Source: Octopus sinensis (Eukaryota). Taken from it: DNA of 37,511 nucleotides. Shown here piece after piece: positions 25,570 to 37,480 of the stretch. The stretch lies in the NCBI RefSeq assembly GCF_006345805.1, contig NW_021836823.1, positions 1-37,511 on the forward strand, given 5' to 3'. The position numbers were made by a program, and so were the translations under genes. Each line of letters starts with the position of its first letter. Position 1 is the stretch's first letter. The notes below the pieces were generated by a model. It was given only the letters and a program-made list of their open reading frames with translations, searched no databases and had not been told where the DNA came from.

Positions 25570-26632
25570 CGACTATACCCCTCTCAATACGTGTGACGTA
25601 CCAGTTAAGACAATTTTTTGCACCTCCTGCATGGATGGTTAAGTTAGGGGTCTTCCTCAAATAATTTTCAGTTCCCGTTTTGATGATTCCAAGTGCTCCT
25701 ACAATTATTATTAGCATTGTAACCGTCTTGAGATGGCACATATTTTTTATTTAAATCAGCAGATCTAAATATTTCTTGAGATTATCAAATTCTTTTGCCG
25801 AGATATTATGATCACAACGTATGCACTTGTCAATCACTAAACAGACTTTATTGGTTTGGTCTTTCACAGCAATATCTGGTCTGGTCTGTATGTACTGAAA
25901 AATCCCAAAGAATCGTTACATTTTCTCCCGCAGGATAGTGCTTGTACAATTTGTCAACAATCTTGATTTTATAATGCCGACATATTATCCAGTGCAGATA
26001 TTGGCCAACTCTGTCATGTCTAGATTTATACTCTGCTGGTGCTGAAACCTTACACCCAGAGATTAGGTGGTCCACTGTTTCAATCTCATCATTGCAATAT
26101 TGGCACTTAGGGTCTACTCCAAGTTTTCATCATGTTGGCTTGGTAATTCCGGGTCAATAACCTTTGATCTTGAGCAGCTGAAATAAAGCCTTCGCTCTCT
26201 GCCTTTAGTCCTGAGTTCCGTAGCCATTGATGAATATGCTTCTGCTCTACATCAGCTTGTTGGCTATGGGCAAAAATATTAGCCATGCAGAGGTTTTTGT
26301 TCCTACCTATCAGCCCATTGTTCAAACGCTTCTTGCTTTTTCATTGATTTCACTTTTGCAACAACAGTTATTGGACTTCTATCATGCTGTTCAATCTAGA
26401 TGTCATGCATGAACTCACAAGTAATATGTTTTTCTTTCTTTCGTGACAGAAACACTCTTCTTAAGTCTTTCGTGGTTTTTAACGTGTTTTAGCATCTAGT
26501 CGTTAGGTGATTCAAGATATTTGTCCCGTTCCATTGCGGTGGCTTTGTAAGAGATATCAAATTGGAGTAAGCCTCGACCTCCTTGGGCTCAGGGAAGGTA
26601 AAGACGACCTGCGTCAGCCTTTATGCTGTGCC
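25570..26632 (-). mobile_element. R4/Dong/NeSL-type non-LTR retrotransposon A, 3' part (pseudogenic)
   Basis: KADAGRLYLPxAQGGRGLLQ; WLRNSGLKAESEGFISAAQDQ; CCHC knuckle CQYCNDEIETVDHLISGC; RHDRVGQYLHW; restriction-like endonuclease region WDFSVHTDQT..; IIVGALG; QKIVLTGTSHVLR. Confidence 0.9.
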
Positions 26633-26798
26633 TCTTACATATTTGCGAATGTATACACACACAAACATACAGACATAATCTCAATAAAAACAATAACACC
26701 GAATAGCACAGTATCACAGTAATTTCCAACGTAGACACCCAACATAAACAACACCGAAGTCACAACCATCACAACCACCACCAACAACAACAACAACA
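26633..26798 (+). repeat. 166-bp insertion within LINE A, flanked by GTGCC direct repeats
   Basis: GTGCC at 26628-26632 and 26799-26803. Ends in (CAA)n. Matches 23039-23190. Confidence 0.7.
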
Positions 26799-26803
26799 GT
26801 GCC

Positions 26804-27130
26804 ATAAGTCAGCAGCTTATGGATTTCCCAGTCAATCTTCCTTCTTTCACTCATGTTCCAGTTCAACACATTGAAACTGCAAAAAACAACTGGAACTGCT
26901 TATTAATTTATGGCAAACACCTTGTTGCGTGCATTTAACTCGGATTTTCAGACTGCTCGAACTCTCCTGTAACATTCCTTCCTGATCTCTTTCATGGTTG
27001 CATGCTGAATGCCACAACCCTCATTTATTCCGACGCATTTGTAAGTTTGTTCCTGCTCAAGTTCTTTTATAACTGTGTCAACATCTAACACCACTGAATG
27101 TGAAGTCTTTAATTTCCCTTTCTGGAAAAT
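26804..27130 (-). mobile_element. Retrotransposon A, RT C-terminal fragment
   Basis: KAIFQKGKL..LEQEQTYKCVGINEG..KEIRKECYRRVRAV..VLNWNMSERRKIDWEIHKLLT. Continues into 26632 after a 166-bp insertion. Confidence 0.8.
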
Positions 27131-27132
27131 GG

Positions 27133-27757
27133 CTTTATTATTGTTATCAGACATGCAGCCTACGGTACCATGGTATTCGTTCTTTTCAGCTCTCTCGTGC
27201 TTTCCCGCTTTCTCTGACTCTGCCAAGGAGGCAAACCTTTTGTAACAGCTCTACTAGGCACTCTATTCCAATTTCCTTGATATTCCTAAGGAACCCAGCA
27301 ATAATTAGCACTATCTTCAGCTTCATCATTTTGAAAAGCCGGGCTATTTTGTACTTATGAGGGTTGTATCTAACTATCTTTTCGCCTGCCTTCTCGACTA
27401 TTTGTGGGTCAAAGGAGTGTGCAACATCAGCTATATAGCATATGTGGTGTACCTTGTTCACCAACACTAGAGCTGGTCTGTCATGCTCTAGCACCTGATC
27501 TGTTTCGATTGGAAAATCTCAGAGGATTTTGCTAGTCTCCAACTCTTCCACATTGTGCGCTTTGTTTTTATACCACGTCTTGCCTCTCTCTAGCCCCCAC
27601 AATCACAAGTGGAGCACTTTCACTACCTGGTCGTTTGTCGCCACACCTCGTAGTGGTTTTCGTTCATGACATGGGCAATGGTTTCATCAACTCTATTACA
27701 GCTGCAGCTCAGCAGAAACACTTGCTCATTCCTAAGGTTGACCCTCCACTCTATTTT
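27133..27757 (-). mobile_element. R4/Dong-type retrotransposon B (different subfamily): CCHC, endonuclease and 3' end
   Basis: VDETIAHVM; HDRPALVLVNK..CYIADVAHSFD..EKIVRY..KYKIARLFKM..LLQKVCLLG (ORF 27186..27494). Short AACAATAATAA tail; 5' end abuts (ATT)n. Confidence 0.85.
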
Positions 27758-27878
27758 TATTATCATTATTATTATTGTTATTATTATTATTATTATTGTT
27801 GTTGTTGTTGTTTTTATTATTATAATAATAATAATTATTATTATTATTTCAGGCCTTGTTCCAATAGTAGAAAGGATT

Positions 27879-28410
27879 ATCAAAGTGACACCGGGGTAAA
27901 ATATACGAAACCCAGTATACCCATCATGAGTACCCGTCTGATAAGGGTACACCAGGCACATGCATCACAACTATATGTGCGTCACATGGTGATCCCATAT
28001 CAAGATAAACAGCACATGACCTTGCAAGTGGGGTCCAGTTAGAATTTTCTTCAGGTCGAGTAGCCCATCCCGCTCAAAAGGTCCCTGAATAAGGGTTGTT
28101 TAAGGATGTTGAACGAAACACCCCTGTTTCCAGAGGGGAATTATTCAAACCCCAAAGAATCCCTCTCAACACATGGCTATGATGCTCCCCCACTACTTCT
28201 GCTCGTGATCAGAGATGCACATATCATCAGCCACTAAGGAACATGCTCAACTGGTTACGGTCAAACAGCTGACAAGCAAATCTGTGGTATTGAGCAGAAT
28301 ATTTGCTGTAGCCCATCTTTTATACCAAGACAAAACAATGTACATGATAACACTTCCAATCAGTTAAGATCAGAAGCCATGAAAGCCACTGCCTGGTACT
28401 GCATCAGGGC

Positions 28411-28414
<4 letters not shown>
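27879..28414 (-). mobile_element. ~540-bp non-coding interspersed element, copy 2
   Basis: Collinear with copy 1. Its 3' side abuts a SINE family 1 tail fragment (27848-27880) and its 5' side abuts (ATT)n. Confidence 0.8.
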
Positions 28415-28464
<50 letters not shown>

Positions 28465-28693
28465 GAACGTGGCGAGCTGGCAGAATCATTAGCAGGCTGC
28501 ACGAAACGCTTTTCAGTATTTCACCCGTCGCTACGTTCTGAGTTCAAATTCCACCTTGGTCGACATTGCCTTTCATCCTTTCGGGGTCGATAAATTAAGA
28601 TCCAGTAAAACACTTGAGTTGGTGTAATCGAGTAATCCCTTCCTCCAAAATTTCAGGCCTTGTGCCTACATTAGAAAGGTTATTATTATTATT
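28465..28693 (+). mobile_element. SINE family 1, variant 3' end with (ATT)n tail
   Basis: Same head and central domain; 3' end AAAATTTCAGGCCTTGTGCCTACATTAGAAAGG(TTA)n. Confidence 0.8.
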
Positions 28694-28787
28694 GTTGTTA
28701 TTTTTATTATTGTACTTATTATTTTTGCTATCGTTTTTTTTTTCTATTTGTGTTTTTTAAGTCTTTCAATGAATTATCAAATAGAAA

Positions 28788-28960
28788 TTTACTTGTCCGT
28801 CTTTACGTTCTGAGTTCAAAATTCTCCGAAGTCGACTGTGCATTTAATTCTTTCAGTATCGATAAAATAAATAGTGGCAGAGTACATGAGTCGATGTAGT
28901 CGACAAGCCCCCTCCCTCAAATTCCAGATCTTGTGCATATAGTAGAAACGAATATTATTA
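28788..28960 (+). mobile_element. SINE family 1, 5'-truncated, variant 3' end
   Basis: TACGTTCTGAGTTCAAA..GTCGACTGTGC..TCGATAAAATAA..ATAGTAGAAACGAATATTATT. Confidence 0.7.
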
Positions 28961-28987
28961 TTATCATCATCATCATCACCATCATCA

Positions 28988-29184
28988 TTATTATTTATTA
29001 TTATTATTATTATTCAGTAGTTTTATTTTTATAGCGTGCTTTCACTTCACTACCGAGCGCAGCTCTGTGTGCCTTGGGTATGTGCTGTGATTTGTTGTGA
29101 TGCTCTGATGGTTATTGTATGGAAAGTGTTCTGCATAGGATGTGTGCAGTGCCTAGTAGTGCAATTTTCTGTATGTTATATGTG

Positions 29185-29190
<6 letters not shown>
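28988..29190 (-). mobile_element. R4/Dong-type extreme 3' end with (AAT)n tail
   Basis: Minus strand encodes QKIALLGTAHILCRTLSIQ*, followed by a ~95-nt UTR and (AAT)n. Confidence 0.75.
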
Positions 29191-29191
<1 letters not shown>

Positions 29192-29227
<36 letters not shown>

Positions 29228-29332
29228 TATTATTATTATTATTATTCTATGTTTGACTTTTGCTTTATGTTTGTACAAGTTGGCTCCAAGTCTGACCCAG
29301 AGACCTCAAGAGACAACAGGTTGGAAGTTCAC
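29192..29332 (-). mobile_element. Probable further R4-type 3' UTR with (AAT)n tail
   Basis: Minus strand GTCTCTTGAGGTCTCTGGGTCAGACTTGGAGCC..GTCAAACATAG(AAT)n. No coding part visible; recognised from memory only. Confidence 0.35.
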
Positions 29333-29409
29333 GTTGTTGTTATGCCTAGTGTGCCATATATTTGGGGGGGGGGTGTACTAGTGAATGTCTAATAAAAAAT
29401 TTTTTTTTT

Positions 29410-29414
29410 AATTG

Positions 29415-29467
<53 letters not shown>

Positions 29468-29918
29468 TATTATTATTATCATTATTTATCATTGTTGTCT
29501 GCCTTTGAATTGTACCCCTCATCCTTCACTCTTGTGGCAAATAAATGCAATCATCATCCTCATCATCATCATTATTAATATTAATATTTATCATTATAGG
29601 TCTGTCTCTGTATTGGCCCCCTCATCCCTAGCCCTTGTGGCAAATAAATGAAATACTAACACTAGTAATAATAATAATAATAATAATAATTATTATTATT
29701 ATAATCATTATTATTACTATTATTATATTTCTATTTTTAGTATTATTGTTATTATCATTATTATTATGATTATTATTATTATAATTATTATTACTATTAT
29801 CATTATTACTATTATTACGATTATTATTATTATTATTATTATCATCATCATGATTATGATCATGATCATCATGATGATGATGATCATCATCATTATTATT
29901 ATCGTTATTATTATTATA

Positions 29919-29962
<44 letters not shown>

Positions 29963-30000
29963 TATTATTATTATCATCATCCTTATTATCATTATTTATA
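29410..30000. repeat. Compound (ATT)n/(ATC)n/(AAT)n tract with two SINE-tail remnants
   Basis: Directly visible; CTTGTGGCAAATAAATG at about 29531 and 29635. Confidence 0.9.
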
Positions 30001-30552
30001 ACTGCTGTTAATTCGAAAATATTACTGCGGACTTTTACCACATAGATTAGCTACTTAGATATTGGTTACGTATATATGCTGGCTTGTTATGTCGACAGTT
30101 GTATGCCTATATTCCCATTTGAGAATACGAGGGAACATAACGGTTGATGTGATAGACAGGAAAACGAATCCGTCTCATTTTAAGTGGAAGAGAGAAATCA
30201 TGTTGAGGGTGTTGGACACGGAAGGGTTTCTATCTCATCAACAATGGTGATAAGATTTAAGATGAGTTTGAGAATTGGCATGAACAAAAGCTTTTGATTA
30301 AAAAATGGGCCGGCGTTAGATATGGGGCTGCACATAGATAAGAGAATGACGAGGACTTCATTTAGCTATGCCTAAGGCACTTTTGTTCAAGGGCTAGTTG
30401 TTGTATCGTTTGGCCATGTACATACATACATACATATAGGTGCATGTGCATATGTGCATAGATATAAATATATATATATATATATATATAATCACATACA
30501 CACACGTATATGTAAATGAGTTTGTGATAGACATTGTATGCGTGTGTGTGAG

Positions 30553-30586
<34 letters not shown>

Positions 30587-30781
30587 ATATATATATATAT
30601 AATATATATATATACATATGTATATATATACATATGTATATATATACATATATATATATATATATGTATATATATGCATATGTATATATATACATATATA
30701 TACATATAATAATACTATTACTGTATTGGCTTATTATTTTCACTGTTTGATTTACCTAATAGTGGTTTTATCTCTAGTTTA

Positions 30782-30821
<40 letters not shown>

Positions 30822-31052
30822 TATATATATATACATATACATATAATATATATATATATATATAATAATATATATATATATAATAGATATATATATATAT
30901 AATATATATATGTATGTATGTATGTATATATATACATACATAGAGAGAGAAAATTAGATAGATTGACAGATAGATAAATAGATATACAAATTCACAAATA
31001 GTTATTACACATACGCACACACATACACACACACTCATACACACACATATAA

Positions 31053-31092
<40 letters not shown>

Positions 31093-31144
31093 GTGCATGT
31101 GTGTGTGTGTGTATGTGTGTGTGTATGTGTATGTGAATATGTGC

Positions 31145-31312
31145 CTACTATCCACCGGGCTTCAAGACAGTTTCCAAATTCACTTTTGAGATATTAGGCA
31201 AACCGGTCTCACATGCTGAGTAGCTTACCCAAGGTACCACGCAACAAGAATTGATCCTAAACTACCTGATTGCAAATAATAGAGAGTCTTCACAACACAG
31301 CTGTGGCTGCAG
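31145..31312 (-). mobile_element. SINE family 2, old degenerate 5' half
   Basis: GGGCTTC..CAGTTTCC..CTTACCCAAGGTACCACGCA..CACAACACAGCTGTGGCTGC. Confidence 0.5.
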
Positions 31313-31460
31313 CTCTATTGAATTATTTACAATGATTTTAAATTTAGATCCGTAATAGCGAGGGGAGAGGGTTGAGGATCTCCAGCACTCCGTTTCATAA
31401 AATCCCGAATTGAACAGAAAATAGATTTCGCGCTTGGCGTTTTAAAAATCATAAATTAAT

Positions 31461-31554
31461 GTAGGAGTGGCTGTGTGGTAAGTAGTTTACTTACGAACCA
31501 CATGGTTCCGGTTTCAGTCCAACTGCGTGGCACCGTGGGCAAATGTCTTCTACT
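31461..31554 (+). mobile_element. SINE family 2 head fused to a family 1 body
   Basis: AGGAGTGGCTGTGTGGTAAG..GGCACCGTGGGCAAATGTCTTCTACT followed directly by TTGCCTTTCATCC. Confidence 0.8.
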
Positions 31555-32057
31555 TTGCCTTTCATCCTTTCGGGTCGATTAAATAAGTACCAGTTACGCG
31601 CTGGGGTCGATATAATCGACTTAATCCGTTTGTCTGTCCTTGTTTGTCCTCTCTATGTTTAGTCCCTTGTGGGTAGTAAAGAAATAAGTATTTCGTCTAC
31701 CGGGACATTCTGAGTTCAAATTACGCTGAGGTCGACTTTGCCTTTCAAATTTTCGAGGTCGATTAAATATGTACCAATTACGCACTGGAATCGATATAAT
31801 CGACTTAATCCGTTTGTCTGTCCTTGTTTGTCCCATCTGTGTTTAGCCCCTTGTGCGTAGTAAAGAAATAGGTATTTGGCCTGCCACTACGTTCTGAGTT
31901 CTAATTCCGCCGAGGTTGACATTGCCGTTCATCATTTTGGGGTCGATTAAATAAGTACCAGTAACACACTGGGGTCGATGTAATCGACTTAATCTCTTTG
32001 TCTGTCCTTGTTTGTCCCCTCTATGTTTAGCCCCTTGTGGGCAATAAAGAAATAAGA
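31552..32057 (+). mobile_element. Three head-to-tail SINE family 1 bodies
   Basis: Units 31552-31687, 31688-31871 and 31872-32057, each ending CCCTTGTG..TAAAGAAATA. Confidence 0.85.
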
Positions 32058-33141
32058 TAAATAGATAGATAGGTAGAGAGGGAGGCTCAGAAAATATCCT
32101 CCTGCAAAGCATTACAAAGCATTATTTTTGCTTCAGCTACATTATTGAATTACTTTTATTTTAACCGTTAAGGTATATAGATATTTTAATCAACCACTGA
32201 TTAATGGTATTAACTATGCTTTGTACAGATCTTTGTGCCCGAAAGGCAAAATTACTCCTAAAGATTTTTTTAAGAATACGTATAATCCTAATTGCTGTAA
32301 ACATCTAGATTTTAACAATTTCAACCAAATTTACAAATTTTGTTTTAAACTTTGAAAATAATTTGTTCAAACATTGTATATCTTTTATGTGTTTGTTTTG
32401 TTTTGTTTGATTAAAAAAAGGCAGAAAACTGTTAAATGAAATAATCAAGATAGGAGAAAGAGACCTCTGTGTTTATTTTCCCTCCATCATTCTTTCTTTT
32501 TCTTTTTTTTGCTGCGTACGGTAGAGAGTGACTAAGCTGGGATATGCAATCTACGATCTCAACGTAAAGTGGCTAATCTGTACATTTGCTTGACGTGTTA
32601 ATCTTGAGTTTCAAAATTCCTGTTTCATGAATAACAACCATTTCCTTTAATTTCTCGTCGCTTTGTGTTTCGCAAATTAGGAAGGAGTTGCTAACAGAAA
32701 TATAAAAATATAAAGAACAACGTAAACAGAACTAAATACACATTTCAAGTTACACACACACACACACACACACACACCACACACACACACACACACACAC
32801 CACACACATACACATATACACATACATACATACATATATACATGCATGCATACATACATATATACCCATACAGAGGAGCCGAATTTATTTGGTATTTGTT
32901 CCGTTGTTCGTTCGTTTCAAGTTTTATTAATTTAGACTGGAAATACGTGCGTACACACAAACACAGACGCACACGCACTTATGTATGTGTGAGTGCATAT
33001 ATATACATACACGCGCTCACACACACACCCACACTCACAGACGTAAATAGACATGCATATGTACAATTATTTGTACGCATGTATTGTGCATATTTATGTG
33101 AGTGTGTGTGAATACATTTTTATGTATATATATACATACGT

Positions 33142-33246
<105 letters not shown>

Positions 33247-33428
33247 CATACATAATATTTGTGATCAGTGTGTTGAAGTGTTAAGAAGACCATCGGCACA
33301 GTTTTGCTACATGGTGTTCTCTCTGCATTCGGGGTATATGGTATATTTCCGTTGGGTCAACTTCAGGACCTCCGCAATTATCATACACACACACACACAC
33401 CACACACACACACACACACAAACACACT

Positions 33429-33460
<32 letters not shown>

Positions 33461-33785
33461 GGTACATATATATATGTATGTATGCGAGTGTTTGTGTGTG
33501 TGTGTGACTGTTTTTGGAACTTGGTAGAGAAGACGAACCATAAGGCTATTTTGGACACATCTATTTTCATATATTCGCATAATCATACATATATGCATAT
33601 ATATATGCGCACCTGTATATCCCTACGCGTACATATCCATCTTTGTCTTTGTCAGTGATGATACTTATGTTTTCATTAGTTCAGAGTAAGTACCCAAATA
33701 AAGGGTACTATGGTCGAGTATACACTTGAAGACATTTGTGTGTGTGCAGCGGGATGTGGATATGTGTGTGTGCGCGTATGCAAAT

Positions 33786-34001
33786 GTGCACAGCTCAGTG
33801 GTTAGAGCGTCATTTGCCGGACAGACCTGTGTGGTGTGTTCTTGAGCAAACGCTATATTTCCCGTTGCCCTTGAGGTCAGTTTCGACCTCACTTGTGTCA
33901 AACTGCATCGGACATTGGTTATCTTCTACAAAAGACATCTCTGGTCTTGTGCCTGAGAGCAGAACTTTCTAGGTGCAATTAGTTAGTCACTCGTTACCGA
34001 A
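33786..34001 (+). mobile_element. tRNA-headed SINE family 3, degenerate and internally deleted
   Basis: A-box-like GCTCAGTGGTTAGAGCG, then GTGTTCTTGAGCAA, then CTTGTGCCT..AACTTTCTAGGTGCAA. Single copy here; family recognised from memory. Confidence 0.5.
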
Positions 34002-34091
34002 TATATATGTATATATATATAAGAATTTTTTTCCGTAGTGAGATAAAAAAAACTAAGGCTGTGTAGATATTAGAACATTTATAGATAGAAG

Positions 34092-34143
34092 GTCTAACAG
34101 CTGTTTCCAGGAAAATTATTAATTATATCCCTTCATCGGAGAC
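34092..34143 (-). ncRNA. Minimal hammerhead motif, left arm of the palindrome
   Basis: GUCU|CCGAUGA-A|GGGA..UUCCU-G|GAAA-CAGCUG-U-U|AGAC. Stem I is GUCU/AGAC, the core is a U4C variant, and stem III is the palindrome ACAGCUGU. Confidence 0.5.
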
Positions 34144-34162
34144 TTAACTATCGTCTCACACC

Positions 34163-34214
34163 ATCTCCAATGAAGGGATGTAATTAATAAATATCCTGGA
34201 AACAGCTGTAAGAC
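34163..34214 (+). ncRNA. Minimal hammerhead motif, right arm of the palindrome (core G5A, likely inactive)
   Basis: AUCU|CCAAUGA-A|GGGAU..AUCCU-G|GAAA-CAGCUG-U-A|AGAC. Confidence 0.45.
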
Positions 34215-34411
34215 CTTCTATCTATAAATGTTCTAATATCTACACAGCCCTGGATTTTTTTTATCTCATTACGAAAATAATTCTTATACACACACGCTGA
34301 CAAATGACCAACTTTGAACCCCTTATTCGCAAAAGCTGGACTAAACTATGGTTTATCTATAGTACTTATTCAGTATTACCTGATACCTTTGGGTCCCAAC
34401 GACACCATACC

Positions 34412-34471
<60 letters not shown>

Positions 34472-34518
34472 TAATTATACACAGTGTCGAATATATATAT
34501 AATTTATATATATCATAG

Positions 34519-34567
<49 letters not shown>

Positions 34568-34810
34568 TATATAATTACACACTTAAGATTGTAGTATTAG
34601 GAAATGATTTAGATAAACCCAATTATAGACATTCCAATTAATCTCTGAGTGTACACACCAATACTATCGAAACGCGCCGCTTGTTGTCGGCGTAATAAAA
34701 ATAATGATAAATATAAAAAAAACGGATGTACGAAATAAAAGCAACAGAATGGATGTAGCTTAGTGTACACAACGAATAAGCTAGTAAAGAGACAACGCCT
34801 ACATAACTAA

Positions 34811-34850
34811 CAACGGCCGCCATTTACGTCCTGTCACTTAATCACGTGGG
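34811..34850. promoter_or_regulatory. YY1-like site plus E-box in unique CpG-containing sequence
   Basis: GCCGCCATTT 34816-34825; CACGTG 34843-34848. Confidence 0.25.
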
Positions 34851-34967
34851 TTCTGCTGCTCTCGTATTGACACACCGCGAGAATGTGTGCTGAGAAGCAT
34901 CATACAACGTGCAAGACGTAGATTATGCAGATCTTATACATTTAGAAAGCAAATATGTGCAGTTACT

Positions 34968-35140
34968 CACTAGCCAAGGCTCTCTTGCTCTTCACAGGCA
35001 GATATGTTCGATTTCTGTATGTATATATGTATATATATATTATATATATATATAATATATATATACACACTTACCACTAACCAAGGCTCTCTTCTCTTCA
35101 CAAGCAGATATGTTCGATGAATTTTTGTATGTGTATATAT
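34968..35140. repeat. Local tandem duplication, ~107-bp period including an (AT)n tract
   Basis: CACTA.CCAAGGCTCTCTT.CTCTTCACA.GCAGATATGTTCGAT at 34968 and 35075. Confidence 0.8.
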
Positions 35141-35181
35141 ATATATATATATATACATATATACATATATTATATATATAT

Positions 35182-35217
<36 letters not shown>

Positions 35218-35381
35218 CAATAGACATACATATACATAATACATGCATACGTACATATATATTCATACACACATATGTATATAAATGCACATGATTTCTC
35301 TCTTGACCTATCTCTCCGACTGAATTCATTCTTTCATATAATCTTCCATTTCAAATATACGCATGTCAACCGCTTTATATG

Positions 35382-35412
<31 letters not shown>

Positions 35413-35649
35413 GTGTGTGTATGTATAAGTGTATATAATTATACATATGTGTACTTATTATGTGTATAGATCTATATATTGATTTATCCTTCTGTCCATG
35501 ACACAGGCACGCACGTACACATATATTTGTATTCAATCATTCATGGATACATATGCATGCATGCATGCATCCATCCGTCCATCCATCCATCCATCCATCC
35601 ATCAATACATACATACATGCATACATACACACACACACACACACATACA

Positions 35650-35683
<34 letters not shown>

Positions 35684-36287
35684 CACACATATATACAAAC
35701 ATAAAGACATCATTCGGTTACTATAAACGAAACGCAAAAACGTGTCATTAATCGTTGAAAATATCAAATGTAAAGAAACCCTATTTTTTCTTACTTATTT
35801 CACCTTTACTTCACTCGCTGTTTCCAGAGAACATCATGGCGTGTGCATACAACAGAGAGAGTGGAAATCAGTTGACACCATTAATGAAGAGTAGTTATGT
35901 TGGGTTGTAGTGGTTGAGTGGCTGGCAGAGAGGTAATCAAGACCTTAGTAAACAATTAAAAAGGTTTCCTCGAAGATTTTTTGGCCGGGCCTTTAGATAT
36001 GTAGCTTTTTTACATTGGCAACAACCGAAGATGTAGCGAAATTGTTGAAATTGTGCCTCGTTGAAACACAAGCTAGTTCTCCACACGTCGTATGAATGTC
36101 GTTTTTCTCTCTGTTTTCACTCGTCTTTTTTGTTGTTTGTTTTGTTTTCGTCTCGTTTTGTTTTTCTCACGTATTTAGAATAAGATATAAAAAAAAGTTC
36201 CATCTTAGGGAATTATGCAAATCTGGTGTGAACGTGAGCGAGAGAAATGAGATGGAAGAACAAGATATGTTGCTTCGTTTATTATTA

Positions 36288-36349
<62 letters not shown>

Positions 36350-36377
36350 ATTATTATTATTATTGCAACTACTTATT

Positions 36378-36599
36378 TAAGGCGGCAAGATTGCAGAATT
36401 GTTAGTACGCCGGGCAAAATGGATGGCGGTAATTCGCCCGTCGCTGCGTTCTGAGTTCAAATTCCTCTGAGGTCGACTTTACCTTTCATTCTTACGTGTT
36501 CGATAAATAAAGTACCAGCTGAGAACTGGAGTCGATGTACTCGACTATCCTACCCACCAAACTTCCGATATGGTACCTATAGTAGAAAGGATTATTATT
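36378..36599 (+). mobile_element. SINE family 1, full length, variant 3' end
   Basis: TAAGGCGGC head, GTTCTGAGTTCAAATTC, GAGGTCGACTTTACCTTTCAT, tail AGTAGAAAGGATTATTATT. Confidence 0.8.
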
Positions 36600-37300
36600 G
36601 CCTTTGCACAGCTTCTAACGCTGGAAATGTACTAAAGTGTAAGCTGTTCACTGTAAGAAAAGGTAATTAATCTGTTCCAAGCAGTGCGGTTTTCTGCAAG
36701 TGCTCCACCCTTATTGCAGCCCCTATTTGTTCCATTTACCTCACAAGATTTTTACTCACTGTTCCCAGGGCTCCGACAATTATTGGTACAACTACCACCT
36801 TTTTCATCGACCACAAATGCCTAACCTCCCAAGCTAACCTGTCATATCTATCGACTTTTCCTTCTTACTTATCGCATACCTTGTTGTCAGCTGGGTATGC
36901 TTTATCTATGATCTAGAATAGTTTGTTTTCTTTCTCAATTAAGACTATGTCTGGCTTCCTATTCTCTATTTCATGGTCGCACTGGATCATAAAATCCCGC
37001 GGGATCTTTGCATTATCATTTTCGATGATGCCTTCGGGTTTGTGGTCGTACCACATTTTTACTCTGTCAGATCCATACATGTTGCAAAGTGTCCAATGGA
37101 CAAGCTTTGCAACATTATCAGTCTCAGTCTAGGCTTGTACTCCACCTTAAATTTTTGTGTTATGTCTTTCTCCATCAATGTATGCATTTCCAATAACCTT
37201 AAGTTCTTGTAGTCCGTCTCTTCTCTCTGCTTCATAATCTTCCTCGACGGTATCGTTACCCCGTCCATGCATTTGATTTTGCTTCTCATAAAGATGTATT
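36600..37300 (-). mobile_element. R4/Dong-type retrotransposon C, internally deleted (RT C-terminus joined to endonuclease)
   Basis: MDGVTIPSRKIMKQREETDYKNLRLLEM..KFKVEYKPRLRLI; then AYPADNKVCDK*EGKVDRYDRLAWEVRHLWSMKKVVVVPIIVGALG; EHLQKTALLG. Its tail merges with the (ATT)n tail of the SINE at 36599. Confidence 0.85.
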
Positions 37301-37309
37301 TATTGTTCC

Positions 37310-37480
37310 TTGTCCATATCCACATATTCTGCAGTTATTTGTTATGTTTCATTTCATTATATGTTTTTGGTAATTTCTGCTAGGGAAATCCTTCAGTCTC
37401 TCCTTTGAGTCCTGAGCTTCTCAACCATTGCTGGGATTTTTCTCTGTCTATTTCTTTGCATTAATTTAGCCTGATGTTGG
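37310..37480 (-). mobile_element. R4/Dong-type fragment D (pre-CCHC region, related to A)
   Basis: EIDREKSQQWLRSSGLKGETEGF..NYQKHIM..NNCRICG. Confidence 0.75.

Larger units (their letters stand above)
34018..34288. mobile_element. ~270-bp imperfect palindrome of a third PLE-type terminus
   Basis: Arms 34018-34142 and 34164-34288 are roughly 90% complementary, including an exact ~39-bp core GGCTGTGTAGATATTAGAACATTTATAGATAGAAGGTCT. Spacer is 21 nt. Confidence 0.85.

Noticed and set aside
28300-28414. HDV-like ribozyme at the 5' end of the 540-bp element
   Set aside because: I could not assemble the P1/P1.1/P2/P3 double pseudoknot by eye. A structure-descriptor search would be needed.
34381-34413. 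33-nt open minus-strand micro-exon (GYGVVGTQRYQ) with a CAG|GTAATA donor
   Set aside because: The acceptor lies in (AT)n with no polypyrimidine tract, and the peptide is unrecognised.
34644-34680. CTGAGTG...CGAAACGCGCC as another hammerhead
   Set aside because: Incomplete core, no convincing stem II, and the stem III palindrome is broken.
35828-35932. 105-nt plus-strand segment with a strong acceptor and a GTAATC donor
   Set aside because: Stops in all three frames. It could only be non-coding and is unsupported without RNA data.
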